The notes under the pieces were generated by a model. It was not told where the DNA came from and searched no databases. It saw only the letters and a list, made by a program, of their open reading frames with translations. 51,093 nucleotides of DNA from a virus. The translations under genes were made by a program, and so were the position numbers. Positions 6,197 through 15,793 of the stretch are shown piece after piece. Every line of letters begins with the position of its first letter. Position 1 is the stretch's first letter. Location of the stretch: the IMG/VR virus record IMGVR_UViG_3300045988_122807. The stretch is one strand, 5' to 3'.

Positions 6197-8401
6197 ATGG
6201 CGTTTTGGGATAGATGGAGGAGGACCCAGGGGACCGCCTCCCGTCCGTATCGGGAGGGCGGCTTTATGGTCCCCCGGTGGTCTACTCCCCCGGAGAGAAA
6301 CACCGAGGAATGGGTCCAGGCCTTCAAGACCAACCCCCGGCTGGCCGTGGTGGAGCGTATCGCCTCCGACCTCTCCTCTGCCGAGGGAAAGCTATACCGC
6401 ATTGGGAAGGATGGAGAGGAACAGGAACTTGACGAGCACCCCTTCCTGGAGTTCTGGGACAACCCCAACCCTCTGCACGAAATGAGCAATGCCGCCCTCT
6501 GGCGGCTGCTGGAAATCTATCTCGCCCTCAAAGGCGAGGGCTATTTTATCATCGAGAAGGATATGTTCGGGCGGCCTGTGGAGCTGTGGCCCGTTCCTGT
6601 GCATTGGGTCCAGATGACCCCTTACCTCGACCACCCCTACTACACCGTCCGGGCTACCTCCGGGACCCTCATGCAGGTGTCCGTGGATGATATGTTCGTG
6701 ATGAAGGACCTCAACCCCTATGACCCGTTCAGGCGGGGCCTGGGCCAGTCTGAGGCCCTGGCGGATGAGATTGAGACGGACGAGTATGCCGCCAAATTCC
6801 AGAAGCGGTTCTTTTTCAACGACGCTACCCCGAACCTGGTCATCTCTATGCCAAAGTCTACCCCTGAACAGCGGCAACGGTTCCGGGCTGAATGGCTGGA
6901 GCGGTTCAGAGGCCACTTCAATTCCCACGGCGTTGCCACCGTAAACGGTGAGGTGGTGGTGAATAAAGTCGGGGACACCATGAAGGACATGGACATGGTG
7001 AATGGGCGCATTTTCCTCCGGGACGCCGTGCTGGAGCATTTCGGGGTCCCCCGTGAAATTATGGGCATTACTGAGAGCAGCAACAGGGCCACCTCTGAGG
7101 CCGCTCAGTATATCTATGCCCAGAATGTCCTTATGCCGAGGCTGAAGCGCCGGGAGGAGGCCATCAACAAGCAGCTCCTCCCGATGTTCGGCCCCGACCT
7201 GATATGGCGGTATGAGGACATCGTACCCCGCAACCAGGAGTTCGACAAGGCTGTGGGTCTGGATGGCTGGAACGCTGGTCTGCTTACCAAGGACGAGGCC
7301 CGCGAGAAGCTGGGTATGCCCCCGGCACCTGTGGGTGGAGATGTCTACAAGACCACCTTCTCTGACGTGTTCGTCCATGAGGATGACGACCCCGCCGCCC
7401 TCTCCGTTGCCGCCGCCAACCTCCAGTATGCAGACGGCGCTCCGCCGCTCCAGGAGAGCGGAAGCGAGGACATAGAGATAACACAAGGGGGCGACCCCAT
7501 CCAGGGCTCAGGCGTTGACGTAGGGGGCGATACGGCGGTGGAAATCACCGACGGGAAGAAGCGGCCCACACCAGAGGAGAAAAAGGCCTCCCTGGTCCAG
7601 GCCGCCCAGCGTGCCCTCCTCCAGGCCGAGCGGGAGGAGAGCCGCCGGTTCGAGATTGCAACGGCGAAGTTCTTCCGGGAGCAGTCCAACCGGATCACCG
7701 CCGCCATGGGCGGCACTGAGAAGGCCGAAAGGACCGTGTGGGACATTCTGCTGGATGGTGTCCCCGAGTATGATGTGGACCCGTCCGGGGCCTGGATGAA
7801 GCTCGACGAGGCTGAGAGAGCCCAGCGGGTAGACAACTTCGTGCTGGGGCTCATCGACTGGCCCGGAGAGGCTGCTGTCCTGGCTTCCATCTTCGACCCT
7901 CTCTGGAAGGAGAGCTACGCCAAGGGCGCAGAGGTAGCGTCCAGGGTGTACGGCCTTCAGGCTATTCAGAGGCCGGAGCTGTTGTCTACCGCCAAGCTGA
8001 GGGGCGGCGTCAGGGTGAAGAATATCACGGAAACCACCCAGAAGGAAATCGCCCGTATTGTCTCCTCTGGCCTGGAGCACGGGGACAGCAGGGCCACGAT
8101 TGCCTCCCAAATCCAAGAGGAGATGCAGACCACCAGCGCACGGGCCCGGACCATTGCCTCCCAGGAGTGCAACAGCAGCCTCCTCACCGGGAGCCATGAC
8201 ATGATGAGAAGGGCCGGGGCTGAGTGGAAAATATGGCACGTCACCAATATGGCCGTGGCCCGTGATAGCCACAAGAGGCTGAACGGGAAGCGGTGCCCCA
8301 TTGATGGGAAGTTCGAGAACGGGTGCCGCTATCCATGCGACCCTGATTGTGATGACCCTGCAGAGGTGGTCAACTGCCACTGCTTCCTGACTTACGAATG
8401 A
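6197..8401 (+). CDS. Portal protein (HK97-type) fused to a C-terminal SPP1 gp7 / Mu F-like minor-head domain
   Basis: The N-terminal 400 aa is portal-like (ALWRLLEIYLALKGEGYFII..., DEYAAKFQKRFFFNDATP). The C-terminus ITETTQKEIARIVSSGLEHG...RTIASQECNSS...HKRLNGKRCPIDGKF...VNCHCFLTYE is MuF-like. Confidence 0.8.
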   Translation: MAFWDRWRRTQGTASRPYREGGFMVPRWSTPPERNTEEWVQAFKTNPRLAVVERIASDLSSAEGKLYRIGKDGEEQELDEHPFLEFWDNPNPLHEMSNAALWRLLEIYLALKGEGYFIIEKDMFGRPVELWPVPVHWVQMTPYLDHPYYTVRATSGTLMQVSVDDMFVMKDLNPYDPFRRGLGQSEALADEIETDEYAAKFQKRFFFNDATPNLVISMPKSTPEQRQRFRAEWLERFRGHFNSHGVATVNGEVVVNKVGDTMKDMDMVNGRIFLRDAVLEHFGVPREIMGITESSNRATSEAAQYIYAQNVLMPRLKRREEAINKQLLPMFGPDLIWRYEDIVPRNQEFDKAVGLDGWNAGLLTKDEAREKLGMPPAPVGGDVYKTTFSDVFVHEDDDPAALSVAAANLQYADGAPPLQESGSEDIEITQGGDPIQGSGVDVGGDTAVEITDGKKRPTPEEKKASLVQAAQRALLQAEREESRRFEIATAKFFREQSNRITAAMGGTEKAERTVWDILLDGVPEYDVDPSGAWMKLDEAERAQRVDNFVLGLIDWPGEAAVLASIFDPLWKESYAKGAEVASRVYGLQAIQRPELLSTAKLRGGVRVKNITETTQKEIARIVSSGLEHGDSRATIASQIQEEMQTTSARARTIASQECNSSLLTGSHDMMRRAGAEWKIWHVTNMAVARDSHKRLNGKRCPIDGKFENGCRYPCDPDCDDPAEVVNCHCFLTYE

Positions 8402-9408
8402 TGGAGGGCAGGCCTATGGAGTTCACGATAGACCAGGCAACGGCTGCTGCTGAGGCGGCCGGCATTGACCTGAAGAAGGAGCGGTTTACCGCTGAGGCCC
8501 TGGCCGCCGGTATGACGGCGGAGCTGGAGCATGGGGCTGAGAGCCCCGATACTGACATCACCAATAATGACCCCATACTGACGGCGAAACTTGCGGTGGC
8601 TCACCTCCGCAAATCGCCGTTTTATTATGCCCCGAAGAAGGGGCTGAAAGCGTGGGAGGCTTCGCTCGGGAAGGGGGTGAAAACCAAGAGCATGAAAACC
8701 GAGTACAAGGTCCTTCAATTCAAGGCGGACGAGTACGAGGAAGATACTGGCATTTTCAGCGGCTACGCCGCCGTGTTCGGGAATGTGGACAGCGGCGGCG
8801 ACATCATAGAGCCCGGAGCCTTCACGAAGACAATCGCCGAAGGCTGGGAGCGGGTCAAAATCCTGGCCCTGCATAACGACTGCTGGCTTCCCATTGGCCG
8901 CCCTCTGGAACTGAGGGAGGACAGCAACGGCCTTTACATCAAGGCCAAGGTCAGCGACACCTCGATGGGGCGCGACATCAAGGTGTTGCTGAAGGATGGC
9001 GTCCTCAATGAGCTGTCCATCGGGTATGACCCTGTCGTATTCGACTACGACAAGGACAGCGGGGTCCGTCATCTCCGCGAGGTGAAGCTGTGGGAGGTGT
9101 CCGTTGTCACCTGGGCTATGAACCCGGAGGCAGTCATCACCGACTACAAGCAGGCTGCTGAAGCCGCCGAGAGAGCCAACGCCATGGCCGCTGAAGCTGC
9201 AGCCGACGTAAAAGCCGGCCGCAAAATCAGTGCCGCCAGGATGAAGGCCCTGAAGGAGGCGAGCGCCAGTATGAAGGCCGCCACCAAAGCCCTTGACAGC
9301 ATCATCCGTGAGGCTGGAGAGGAGAGCACACCCAAGGGGGCCCCGGCCCCTGAAGCCGGTAAGGGAGCGCACCCTGCCGGAGCTACCACCATCGAAATCT
9401 TACTTTGA
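8398..9408 (+). CDS. Prohead serine protease (HK97 / S78 family) with an N-terminal extra domain
   Basis: FSGYAAVFGNVDSGGDIIEPGAFTKTI...LALHND..PIGRP...GLYIKAKV...LSIGY. The start could instead be the ATG at 8416. Confidence 0.85.
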   Translation: MMEGRPMEFTIDQATAAAEAAGIDLKKERFTAEALAAGMTAELEHGAESPDTDITNNDPILTAKLAVAHLRKSPFYYAPKKGLKAWEASLGKGVKTKSMKTEYKVLQFKADEYEEDTGIFSGYAAVFGNVDSGGDIIEPGAFTKTIAEGWERVKILALHNDCWLPIGRPLELREDSNGLYIKAKVSDTSMGRDIKVLLKDGVLNELSIGYDPVVFDYDKDSGVRHLREVKLWEVSVVTWAMNPEAVITDYKQAAEAAERANAMAAEAAADVKAGRKISAARMKALKEASASMKAATKALDSIIREAGEESTPKGAPAPEAGKGAHPAGATTIEILL

Positions 9409-9424
9409 CAGGAGGAACACCAGA

Positions 9425-11014
9425 ATGAGCAAGTACATTCCCAAGACCAAGAACTCCCCCGCCCCTGCTGGCCGCAAGTCTGTGAAGATGGAGGCCGACG
9501 AGCTGACCGAGAAAATCAAGGCTTGCGTCAAGGAGGCCCTGGAGGAGCAGTCCGAGGCCAAGGCTGAGGGCGAGGGCGAGGAGGGCGACCCCACTGTGGA
9601 GGCTGCCCCCACTGACATCTCCGCCCTGATTGAGCAGGCCATGGACGTAGTGGCCCAGAAGCGCAAGGCCCGCAAGGACGCTGGCGAGGAGCTGGGCGAC
9701 GTGAGCGCCGACGAGGTCCTGGAGGCCGTGGGCGAAATTATGGAGGCCCAGGAGGAAGCCAAGGCCGATGACGGCGTGGAGGATGAGGAAGCCAAGGAGG
9801 ATGAAGGCATGGAGGAGAACGAGGCGAAGGGCCGCAAGGCTGCCGCCCGGCCCACCAGCACCAAGTCTGCCCCTGGCCGTAAGGCTGCCCCTGCTCCCGT
9901 GCAGCGGAAGTACAGCGGCATCTACATGAGCCGGGGCTCCGGGGCTCCTTCCTCCAAGAAGTCTGTGCCCCCCGCTATCCAGCTCGCCCGCGCCATCAAG
10001 TGCCTGGACGTGTTTGGCCGCCACGACCCCGATATGGCCTCCTTCTATGCCCGGAAGAAGTACGACGATGCGGATATGGCCCGCGAGTTCAAGGCCCTGT
10101 CCGCCACCAACCCCTCCGGCGGCGGCTACCTCATCCCGGAGGTTTACCTGGATGACATCGTGGAGCTGCTGTACGCCAAGACCGTCATCTTTGAGCTGGG
10201 CGCTCAGAAGGTCCCCATGGCAAACGGCAACCTGAACATCCCCAAGATGACCTCCGGGGCCCGTGCTACCTGGGGCGGTGAGGGCCGCAAGATTGCCAAG
10301 AGCCAGCCCGCCTTCGGCAACATTAAGCTGTCCGCCAAGCGCCTGGAGGCTATCGTCCCCCAGACCCGCGAGCTGCTGATGTCTACCAACTTCTCTGCCG
10401 ACCAGATGTTTGCCAACGACCTGACCCGCCGGATGGAGCTGGGCCTGGACTTCGGCGCTATGTTCGGCAAGGGCGGCGAGTTCCAGCCCCTCGGCGTGTT
10501 CACCGACAAGGAGGTTGAGCACGTAGACGCCAAGACCCTGGGCAACACCGACCTGTCCTCTGCTGAGGGTGCCATCACCGCCGACTTCCCCGTGTATATC
10601 CGCTCCAAGGTCCTGGCCAAGAACGTGGATGACAACAAGCTCGGCTGGGCCTTCAACTCCGTGCTGGAAGGCTACCTCATGAATATGAAAACCACCACCG
10701 GCGCCTACATCTACCGGGATGAGATGAACAGCGGCAAGCTGCTGGGCTTCCCCTACCGGGTGTCCAATCAGATCACTACCGACGGCACCGGCCTCACTGA
10801 GCTGGCCTTCGGTAACTGGTCCGACCTGCTTGTGGGTGAGCAGCTGGGCCTGGAGACCTACACCACCCTGGACGGCTCCTGGACCGACGAGGACGGCGTT
10901 CAGCACAATGCCTTCGAGGAGAACCTGGCGGCCACCCGTGCCCTGATGTACGTTGACATCGCCGCCCGGCACAAGGAGAGCTTCATCCACGTCAAGAACA
11001 TCAAGGCTTTTTGA
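9425..11014 (+). CDS. Major capsid protein, HK97 fold, with a long acidic N-terminal delta/scaffold domain
   Basis: ATG at 9425 follows GGAGGAACACCAGA. GGYLIPEVYLDDIVELLYAKTVIFELGA...NIPKMTSGARATWGGEG...IKLSAKRLEAIVPQTRELL matches Phage_capsid. Confidence 0.9.
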   Translation: MSKYIPKTKNSPAPAGRKSVKMEADELTEKIKACVKEALEEQSEAKAEGEGEEGDPTVEAAPTDISALIEQAMDVVAQKRKARKDAGEELGDVSADEVLEAVGEIMEAQEEAKADDGVEDEEAKEDEGMEENEAKGRKAAARPTSTKSAPGRKAAPAPVQRKYSGIYMSRGSGAPSSKKSVPPAIQLARAIKCLDVFGRHDPDMASFYARKKYDDADMAREFKALSATNPSGGGYLIPEVYLDDIVELLYAKTVIFELGAQKVPMANGNLNIPKMTSGARATWGGEGRKIAKSQPAFGNIKLSAKRLEAIVPQTRELLMSTNFSADQMFANDLTRRMELGLDFGAMFGKGGEFQPLGVFTDKEVEHVDAKTLGNTDLSSAEGAITADFPVYIRSKVLAKNVDDNKLGWAFNSVLEGYLMNMKTTTGAYIYRDEMNSGKLLGFPYRVSNQITTDGTGLTELAFGNWSDLLVGEQLGLETYTTLDGSWTDEDGVQHNAFEENLAATRALMYVDIAARHKESFIHVKNIKAF

Positions 11015-11041
11015 GCCTGAGAAACAGGAGGTAAAAGAACC

Positions 11042-11455
11042 ATGAAGCGTGAACTCATTCAGAACGTGAAGGTCACTCCCTATACCAGCGAGGACGCTAT
11101 TGACCGTGACGGCTTCCTGTCTGCTGTCCTGGGGGTCCTGGTGGGCACTCCCACTGGGTCCCCCACCGGCCTGGCTGTTAAGCTGACCGTGACCGAGTGC
11201 GATACCGAGAGCGGGAGCTATACCCCCGCCGCCGATAAGCTCATCCCCGTGGACAAGGCCCTGGACGCTGACGGCTCCATTTCCCTGGATACTGATGCCG
11301 CCGGCGGCGCCCTGGTGAACTTCGACCTTGACCTGGTGGGCTGCAAGCAGTTCATCAAGATTAAGGTCGAGGTCGTTTGCACCGGCGGCTCCTCTGCTTC
11401 CTGCACCGCCACCGCCGCCCTGGTGCTGGGGGATAAGGCCTACACCCCCGCGTAA
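11042..11455 (+). CDS. Hypothetical head-associated protein (possible decoration protein)
   Basis: Strong RBS AGGAGGTAAAAG. Lies right after the capsid gene. 137 aa, no motif recognised. Confidence 0.55.
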   Translation: MKRELIQNVKVTPYTSEDAIDRDGFLSAVLGVLVGTPTGSPTGLAVKLTVTECDTESGSYTPAADKLIPVDKALDADGSISLDTDAAGGALVNFDLDLVGCKQFIKIKVEVVCTGGSSASCTATAALVLGDKAYTPA

Positions 11456-11491
11456 TGCCGTGTAGAGAAGCGTACAAAGGAGGTTTTCACT

Positions 11492-11620
11492 ATGGCAAGG
11501 GTATATGACCCCCCGAAGGCAAAACCGGCTGAGAATAAGCTGGAGCGGCCCGTAAAGGAGCGCAAAGGGACCACCTCCAAGAAAACCGAGAAGGAGCAGA
11601 AGGAGGGGGAGGGCGAATAG
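11492..11620 (+). CDS. Candidate 42-aa Lys/Glu-rich peptide
   Basis: Not in the ORF track (below 60 aa). ATG lies 7 nt after AAAGGAGG and the frame is open to the TAG at 11618. Confidence 0.3.
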   Translation: MARVYDPPKAKPAENKLERPVKERKGTTSKKTEKEQKEGEGE

Positions 11621-11653
11621 CCTTCCCCCTCCCCGCTGAAGGGAGGCGAGTTC

Positions 11654-12304
11654 ATGTCCGAGGCAACCGTGGCCCTGGCCCCTAATGCCATGACCACACT
11701 GGAGGACACCATGGAGCGGCTGGGCATCTCTGAGGAGGCGGCGGACCAGGCCACCAAAAACAACCTTGTTCGCATCATCAATGCCGCTTCTGCCTGGATT
11801 GAGACCATCACCGGGCGGCACTTTGGAAAGGCCACCTATACTGACCGCTACGCTGGCCCCGGCGCTCAGGAGCTTGTCCTTCGGGAGTACCCCATCCGCT
11901 CTGTTGAGTATGTGAAGGACACCGTGACCGGGGGGCTTATTGACCCCGGCACCTATGACTTCTCTATGAGTGGCGACATCGGGGTATTGTATCGGGACAT
12001 GGGCTGGACCTTCCGGGGCTACCCCTACGGGCTGGCAAATGACTACCGGGCCGCCAGCCGCTATCTGGAGGTCAAATTCACCGCCGGTTATGTCCTGCCG
12101 AAGGACGCCACAGAGGATGAGCCCTCCGACCTGCCCGCCGACATCATCTCCATTGTCTGGGGTATCGCGGAACAGGAATACTCCATCCTTGTGAACGGGT
12201 CCCAGGGGCTTTCCGCCTTCTCTATCTCCGACGTGTCCTGGACCTTCGACAAGGAGCCCAGGGCGTCGTGGATGGAAACCCTCAGCCACTACATGAGGTG
12301 GTGA
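11654..12304 (+). CDS. Head-tail connector (gp6-like DNA-packaging/connector) protein
   Basis: The N-terminus TTLEDTMERLGISEEAADQATKNNLVRIINAASAWIETITGRHFGKATY resembles the Phage_connect_1 signature. Position after the capsid. Confidence 0.55.
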   Translation: MSEATVALAPNAMTTLEDTMERLGISEEAADQATKNNLVRIINAASAWIETITGRHFGKATYTDRYAGPGAQELVLREYPIRSVEYVKDTVTGGLIDPGTYDFSMSGDIGVLYRDMGWTFRGYPYGLANDYRAASRYLEVKFTAGYVLPKDATEDEPSDLPADIISIVWGIAEQEYSILVNGSQGLSAFSISDVSWTFDKEPRASWMETLSHYMRW

Positions 12305-12307
12305 GCC

Positions 12308-12970
12308 ATGAAACTGAGCGACCGCGTGACCCCTGAGCTGCTGCGGATAAAGGGAGAGCTGGAACAGCTCCAGAAGCTCCGTATCAAGGTGGGTATCCAG
12401 GGCGACGCTGACAGCGAGATACTGACTATCGCCCGTGTCCATGAGTATGGGGCCGTCATCCATGCAAAGCAGGCCAAAAATCTGTGTATCCCAATTAGCC
12501 AAGAGAGCTACGACAAGAGCCCCAGGGACTTCCCGGACCTGTTCTTTATCAGGTCCAAAAATGGGTATCTGCTGGGGGTGACCGCCAAGAAGCCCCGCAA
12601 GCGGAGAAAGAAGGGAGAGGAAGGCCAATCCGATGACCTCAATCTCCTGTTTCTGCTTCTGCCTTCCGTGACCATCCCGGAACGGTCCTTCATCCGCGCT
12701 GGGTATGATGCCAACCGCAACCGCCTGGCTGAGGTGTGCCGGGAGGCGGTCTCGGATATTGTCCGGGGAAAGAAGGACGCCCGAACCGCCGCCGAATGGA
12801 TAGGAGGAAAGGCCGTGGATTTTATCCACGAGTTCATGTCTGATGCGTCGAACTTTGAGCCAAAGGGCCGTATCCAGAAGGAGCGGGCCCCAAGCTGGGC
12901 CAACAGCCCCCTGGTGGTTACCAAAAGGCTGTTCAATTCTGTCACCTGGAAGGTGGAGGAGGGCGACTAA
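12308..12970 (+). CDS. HK97 gp10-like head-tail joining protein
   Basis: IPERSFIRAGYD motif and position in the head-tail joining block. Confidence 0.45.
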   Translation: MKLSDRVTPELLRIKGELEQLQKLRIKVGIQGDADSEILTIARVHEYGAVIHAKQAKNLCIPISQESYDKSPRDFPDLFFIRSKNGYLLGVTAKKPRKRRKKGEEGQSDDLNLLFLLLPSVTIPERSFIRAGYDANRNRLAEVCREAVSDIVRGKKDARTAAEWIGGKAVDFIHEFMSDASNFEPKGRIQKERAPSWANSPLVVTKRLFNSVTWKVEEGD

Positions 12971-13345
12971 ATGAGTGCGTTCAAAATGGCGCAGCCTGTT
13001 ATCCCCCGCGGGCTGCTGCACACCATGTACGACCTGAAGGCTGGGAGCAAGTTCGACCAGTCTAAGGGCGGCCAGTATATCCCCGGGGGAGCTACTGAGC
13101 GGACCCCCTTCCAGGGGGCCGTGCTGCCGGTCAGCGATAAGGACCTGGTGAGGGAAATCACCGGCACCGTCTCTGACCACAGCGAGAAGATTTACACCAA
13201 CGGCTATGCGCTGAGGGTCGGGGCCCAGGTCTTTGACCCTCAAACTCAGATCACCTACACCGTCACCCAGGAGCTGGGCCACAACAGTATCCACCCCATG
13301 AAGCGGTATCTGGTGGAAGCCAGAGGGGAGGCGGCCACAAAATGA
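12971..13345 (+). CDS. Hypothetical head-tail joining protein
   Basis: Tightly coupled to its neighbours (TAAATG). 124 aa. Call based on position only. Confidence 0.45.
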   Translation: MSAFKMAQPVIPRGLLHTMYDLKAGSKFDQSKGGQYIPGGATERTPFQGAVLPVSDKDLVREITGTVSDHSEKIYTNGYALRVGAQVFDPQTQITYTVTQELGHNSIHPMKRYLVEARGEAATK

Positions 13346-13881
13346 GGTCCTATATCGAGAAGCGCAATGCGCTTATCCTGGCCCTGAGCAATTTCGTCGG
13401 CTGCCCCGTCCTGATGGCCTCCCAGGTGGAGCCGGAGATGGAGCCGCCGTTCATCGTGTACTCCATCACCTCTGACTACACCCCCGACAATGGGCTGGGC
13501 AACTACTCTCTGGAGGACGGGAGTACGGAAGGAACAGCGGTGGAGGTCCGGGAGGAGCAGCCGACCACCACCATGTCGTTTACTGCTTGCAGTATCAACC
13601 GAGTTGAGGAGAAAGACGGCGAACAGGTGTCTATCCTGGGCGCTGACGAGGCCCTGGAGCTGGCTACGCTGGCCCAGGGCTTCTTCCTTCATGGTGGGCG
13701 TTACGCCATTCAGAAGGCTGGTTTCGTGGTGGTGGACGTGACCAACGCCACCAGCAGGGACGCCCTGGAGCTGGACGAGATGGGCCGTCGGTTTGGCTTC
13801 GATGTCCGGCTGAGGTACACGCGCACCGACCTTGCCGAGGTTGATACTGTCACCAATGTAATTACCAAACAGAAGGAGTGA
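13342..13881 (+). CDS. Hypothetical neck / tail-terminator-position protein
   Basis: Overlapping start (ATGA). Immediately upstream of the sheath. Confidence 0.4.
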   Translation: MRSYIEKRNALILALSNFVGCPVLMASQVEPEMEPPFIVYSITSDYTPDNGLGNYSLEDGSTEGTAVEVREEQPTTTMSFTACSINRVEEKDGEQVSILGADEALELATLAQGFFLHGGRYAIQKAGFVVVDVTNATSRDALELDEMGRRFGFDVRLRYTRTDLAEVDTVTNVITKQKE

Positions 13882-13887
13882 TAACGA

Positions 13888-14964
13888 ATGCCGAATGATG
13901 TCATTGTTGTTGTCAACATCGACGCCCGGCCCACCGGCACCGAGAACCTGGACATTCTGCTTCTCTCCACCGAGGGAGAGAAGGCCATCGACACTTACCG
14001 GGACCTGGAGGTCATCCAGACCACCTTCACTGGAAAAAAGGTCGCGGCAATGGCTGAGAAGCTGTTCAACCAGGGGGACACTACCCTGGCCGATACCCTT
14101 ATCCGAAAGGTGAAAATCGCCGGTATCGAGGCCCCTACTGGGACCGGCGAAAGCGACAAGGCCACCGCTCTGGTCCAGGCCATCGAAACCCTCCGGCAGA
14201 CCGACGATGACTGGTATATCCTGCTCACCGACCAGACCGGGGCCGAGGCTGTGGAGGCCCTGTGCGCCTGGGCTGAGGGCACCGAGCCCACCGAGGCGGA
14301 GCTGGGGGCCGGTGAGGAGGACCACCGCAAGCTCTACTTTGGGCAGACCTCCAACAAGGAGCTGGCCCTGACCAATGCCCGGAGCATTGTCATTTATACC
14401 GATGACCCCACCGAATATGCCGACGCCGCCTATGTGGGCAACGTGGGCCCCTTCTACCCTGAGAGCGTGACGTGGAAGTTCAAGCGGCCCCAGGGCATTG
14501 CTGTCCCCGACCTGACCAAGGCAGAGCGGGACGCTCTGGAGGAGGCTAACGTCAACTTCCTTACCGTGGAATATAAGCGGGAGTATGTGAAGAACGGGAC
14601 CTGCCTCAACGGTGAGTTCATCGACGTGCAGATGGGCGCTGACTATATCGCCAAGACCATGCGGGAGAACCTGTACGACATCTTCCTGGAGAACGCCAAA
14701 ATCGGCTACACCGACGAGGGCTTTGCCATCATTGCCGATGGTGTTTTCCAGGCCCTCAACCGGGCTGTGGACCTGGGCATCATTGCCCTGGATACCGAGA
14801 GCGGCCAGGGGGTCTACACCGTCACCGTGCCCAAGCGGTCTGAGGCTACCGACGAGCAGGCCCGTAACCGGCAGATGCCCGACATCACCTGGGAGGCCCA
14901 GCTTGAAGGGGCCGTTCATGGTGTGAAGGTCAAGGGGACCCTGCGGGCCACCCTGAGCGCGTAA
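13888..14964 (+). CDS. Tail sheath protein (DUF3383-like)
   Basis: 358 aa, directly before the tube gene. DDWYILLTD...YADAAYVGNVGPFYPESVTWKFK...EEANVNFLTVEY resembles the DUF3383 sheath family. Confidence 0.7.
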   Translation: MPNDVIVVVNIDARPTGTENLDILLLSTEGEKAIDTYRDLEVIQTTFTGKKVAAMAEKLFNQGDTTLADTLIRKVKIAGIEAPTGTGESDKATALVQAIETLRQTDDDWYILLTDQTGAEAVEALCAWAEGTEPTEAELGAGEEDHRKLYFGQTSNKELALTNARSIVIYTDDPTEYADAAYVGNVGPFYPESVTWKFKRPQGIAVPDLTKAERDALEEANVNFLTVEYKREYVKNGTCLNGEFIDVQMGADYIAKTMRENLYDIFLENAKIGYTDEGFAIIADGVFQALNRAVDLGIIALDTESGQGVYTVTVPKRSEATDEQARNRQMPDITWEAQLEGAVHGVKVKGTLRATLSA

Positions 14965-14980
14965 GAAGGGAGGAAAATCC

Positions 14981-15388
14981 ATGTCTATCGAGGTCCAGAG
15001 CTATGACCCCAAAAAGGTAAACGTCATCGTCGCTGGCCGGGCCATTACTGGCTTCGCCTCTGATGGTGTCGTGACCCTGAGCAAGAACGAGGACAGCGTG
15101 ACCCCATCCGTGGGGGCCAAGGGCGACGTTGCCTATTCTGAGAACGCCAATGAGAGCGGGACTATCGCCCTCACCCTCATGTCTACCTCCTCCAGCCTCC
15201 CTTATCTCCGGGAGCTGGAGGCAAAGCGGCGCCTCATCACGGTATCCGTGCAGGACGCCAATGATGCGGACAGCTTCGCCATGAGTGCGGATAACTGCCG
15301 CATTCTGAAGATGCCCGACGCGGCCCGCCAGAAGGAGCAGAGCACCGTCACCATCAACATCTATGTGCCTTCCATGGTGCTGAGATGA
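14981..15388 (+). CDS. Tail tube protein (DUF3277-like)
   Basis: 135 aa. SYDPKKVNVIVAGRAITGFASDGVVTLSKNEDSVTPSVGAKGDVAYS matches the DUF3277 pattern. Position after the sheath. Confidence 0.7.
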   Translation: MSIEVQSYDPKKVNVIVAGRAITGFASDGVVTLSKNEDSVTPSVGAKGDVAYSENANESGTIALTLMSTSSSLPYLRELEAKRRLITVSVQDANDADSFAMSADNCRILKMPDAARQKEQSTVTINIYVPSMVLR

Positions 15389-15414
15389 CCCGGCGGCGGT
15401 GAGCTGCAAGGACT

Positions 15415-15741
15415 ATGAGCAAGAAATGGCTGGAGAGGCCAAAGTCGCTGAGTGAAAGGAGCTATCGAAAGTATATGGCAAAGCAGAAGAAGGTCACCGT
15501 AAACGGCCAGGAGTTCACCCTTCAGAGTGTGTCCCCCACCTGGTATTTCCAGACCAACGACGAGTGCGGGATGACCGGCGGCAAGAAGGACACCACCAAG
15601 TATCTGGATACCATGTTCAAGAACGTGGTCATTGCCCCTGCTGAGGTGAAAACCGACGGCATGGGCTACTTCGACGCCCAGGAGGACGTAAAGACCCCGG
15701 AGAAGCTGATCGCCGCCATCGAGAAGTTTCTTCGAGAGTGA
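15415..15741 (+). CDS. Tail assembly chaperone
   Basis: 108 aa, between the tube and the tape measure. Confidence 0.6.
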   Translation: MSKKWLERPKSLSERSYRKYMAKQKKVTVNGQEFTLQSVSPTWYFQTNDECGMTGGKKDTTKYLDTMFKNVVIAPAEVKTDGMGYFDAQEDVKTPEKLIAAIEKFLRE

Positions 15742-15793
15742 GTATTCACTGGAAGCGGCCCACCGGCGGGCCGTCCGCAATAAGGCATTCTGG

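Noticed and set aside
11606-11634. GGGGAGGG...CCCTCCCC hairpin after the 42-aa mini-ORF as a terminator
   Set aside because: It has a 13-nt loop and no downstream T-tract, and it sits in the middle of the head operon, where termination would be counter-productive.
9383-13294. 1303-aa ORF on the minus strand, the longest ORF in the track
   Set aside because: It is antisense to the capsid, connector and head-tail genes, which have clear homology, RBSs and operon structure. Its translation is low-complexity and Gly/Leu/Ala/Pro/Val-rich, as expected for a shadow ORF in GC-rich DNA.
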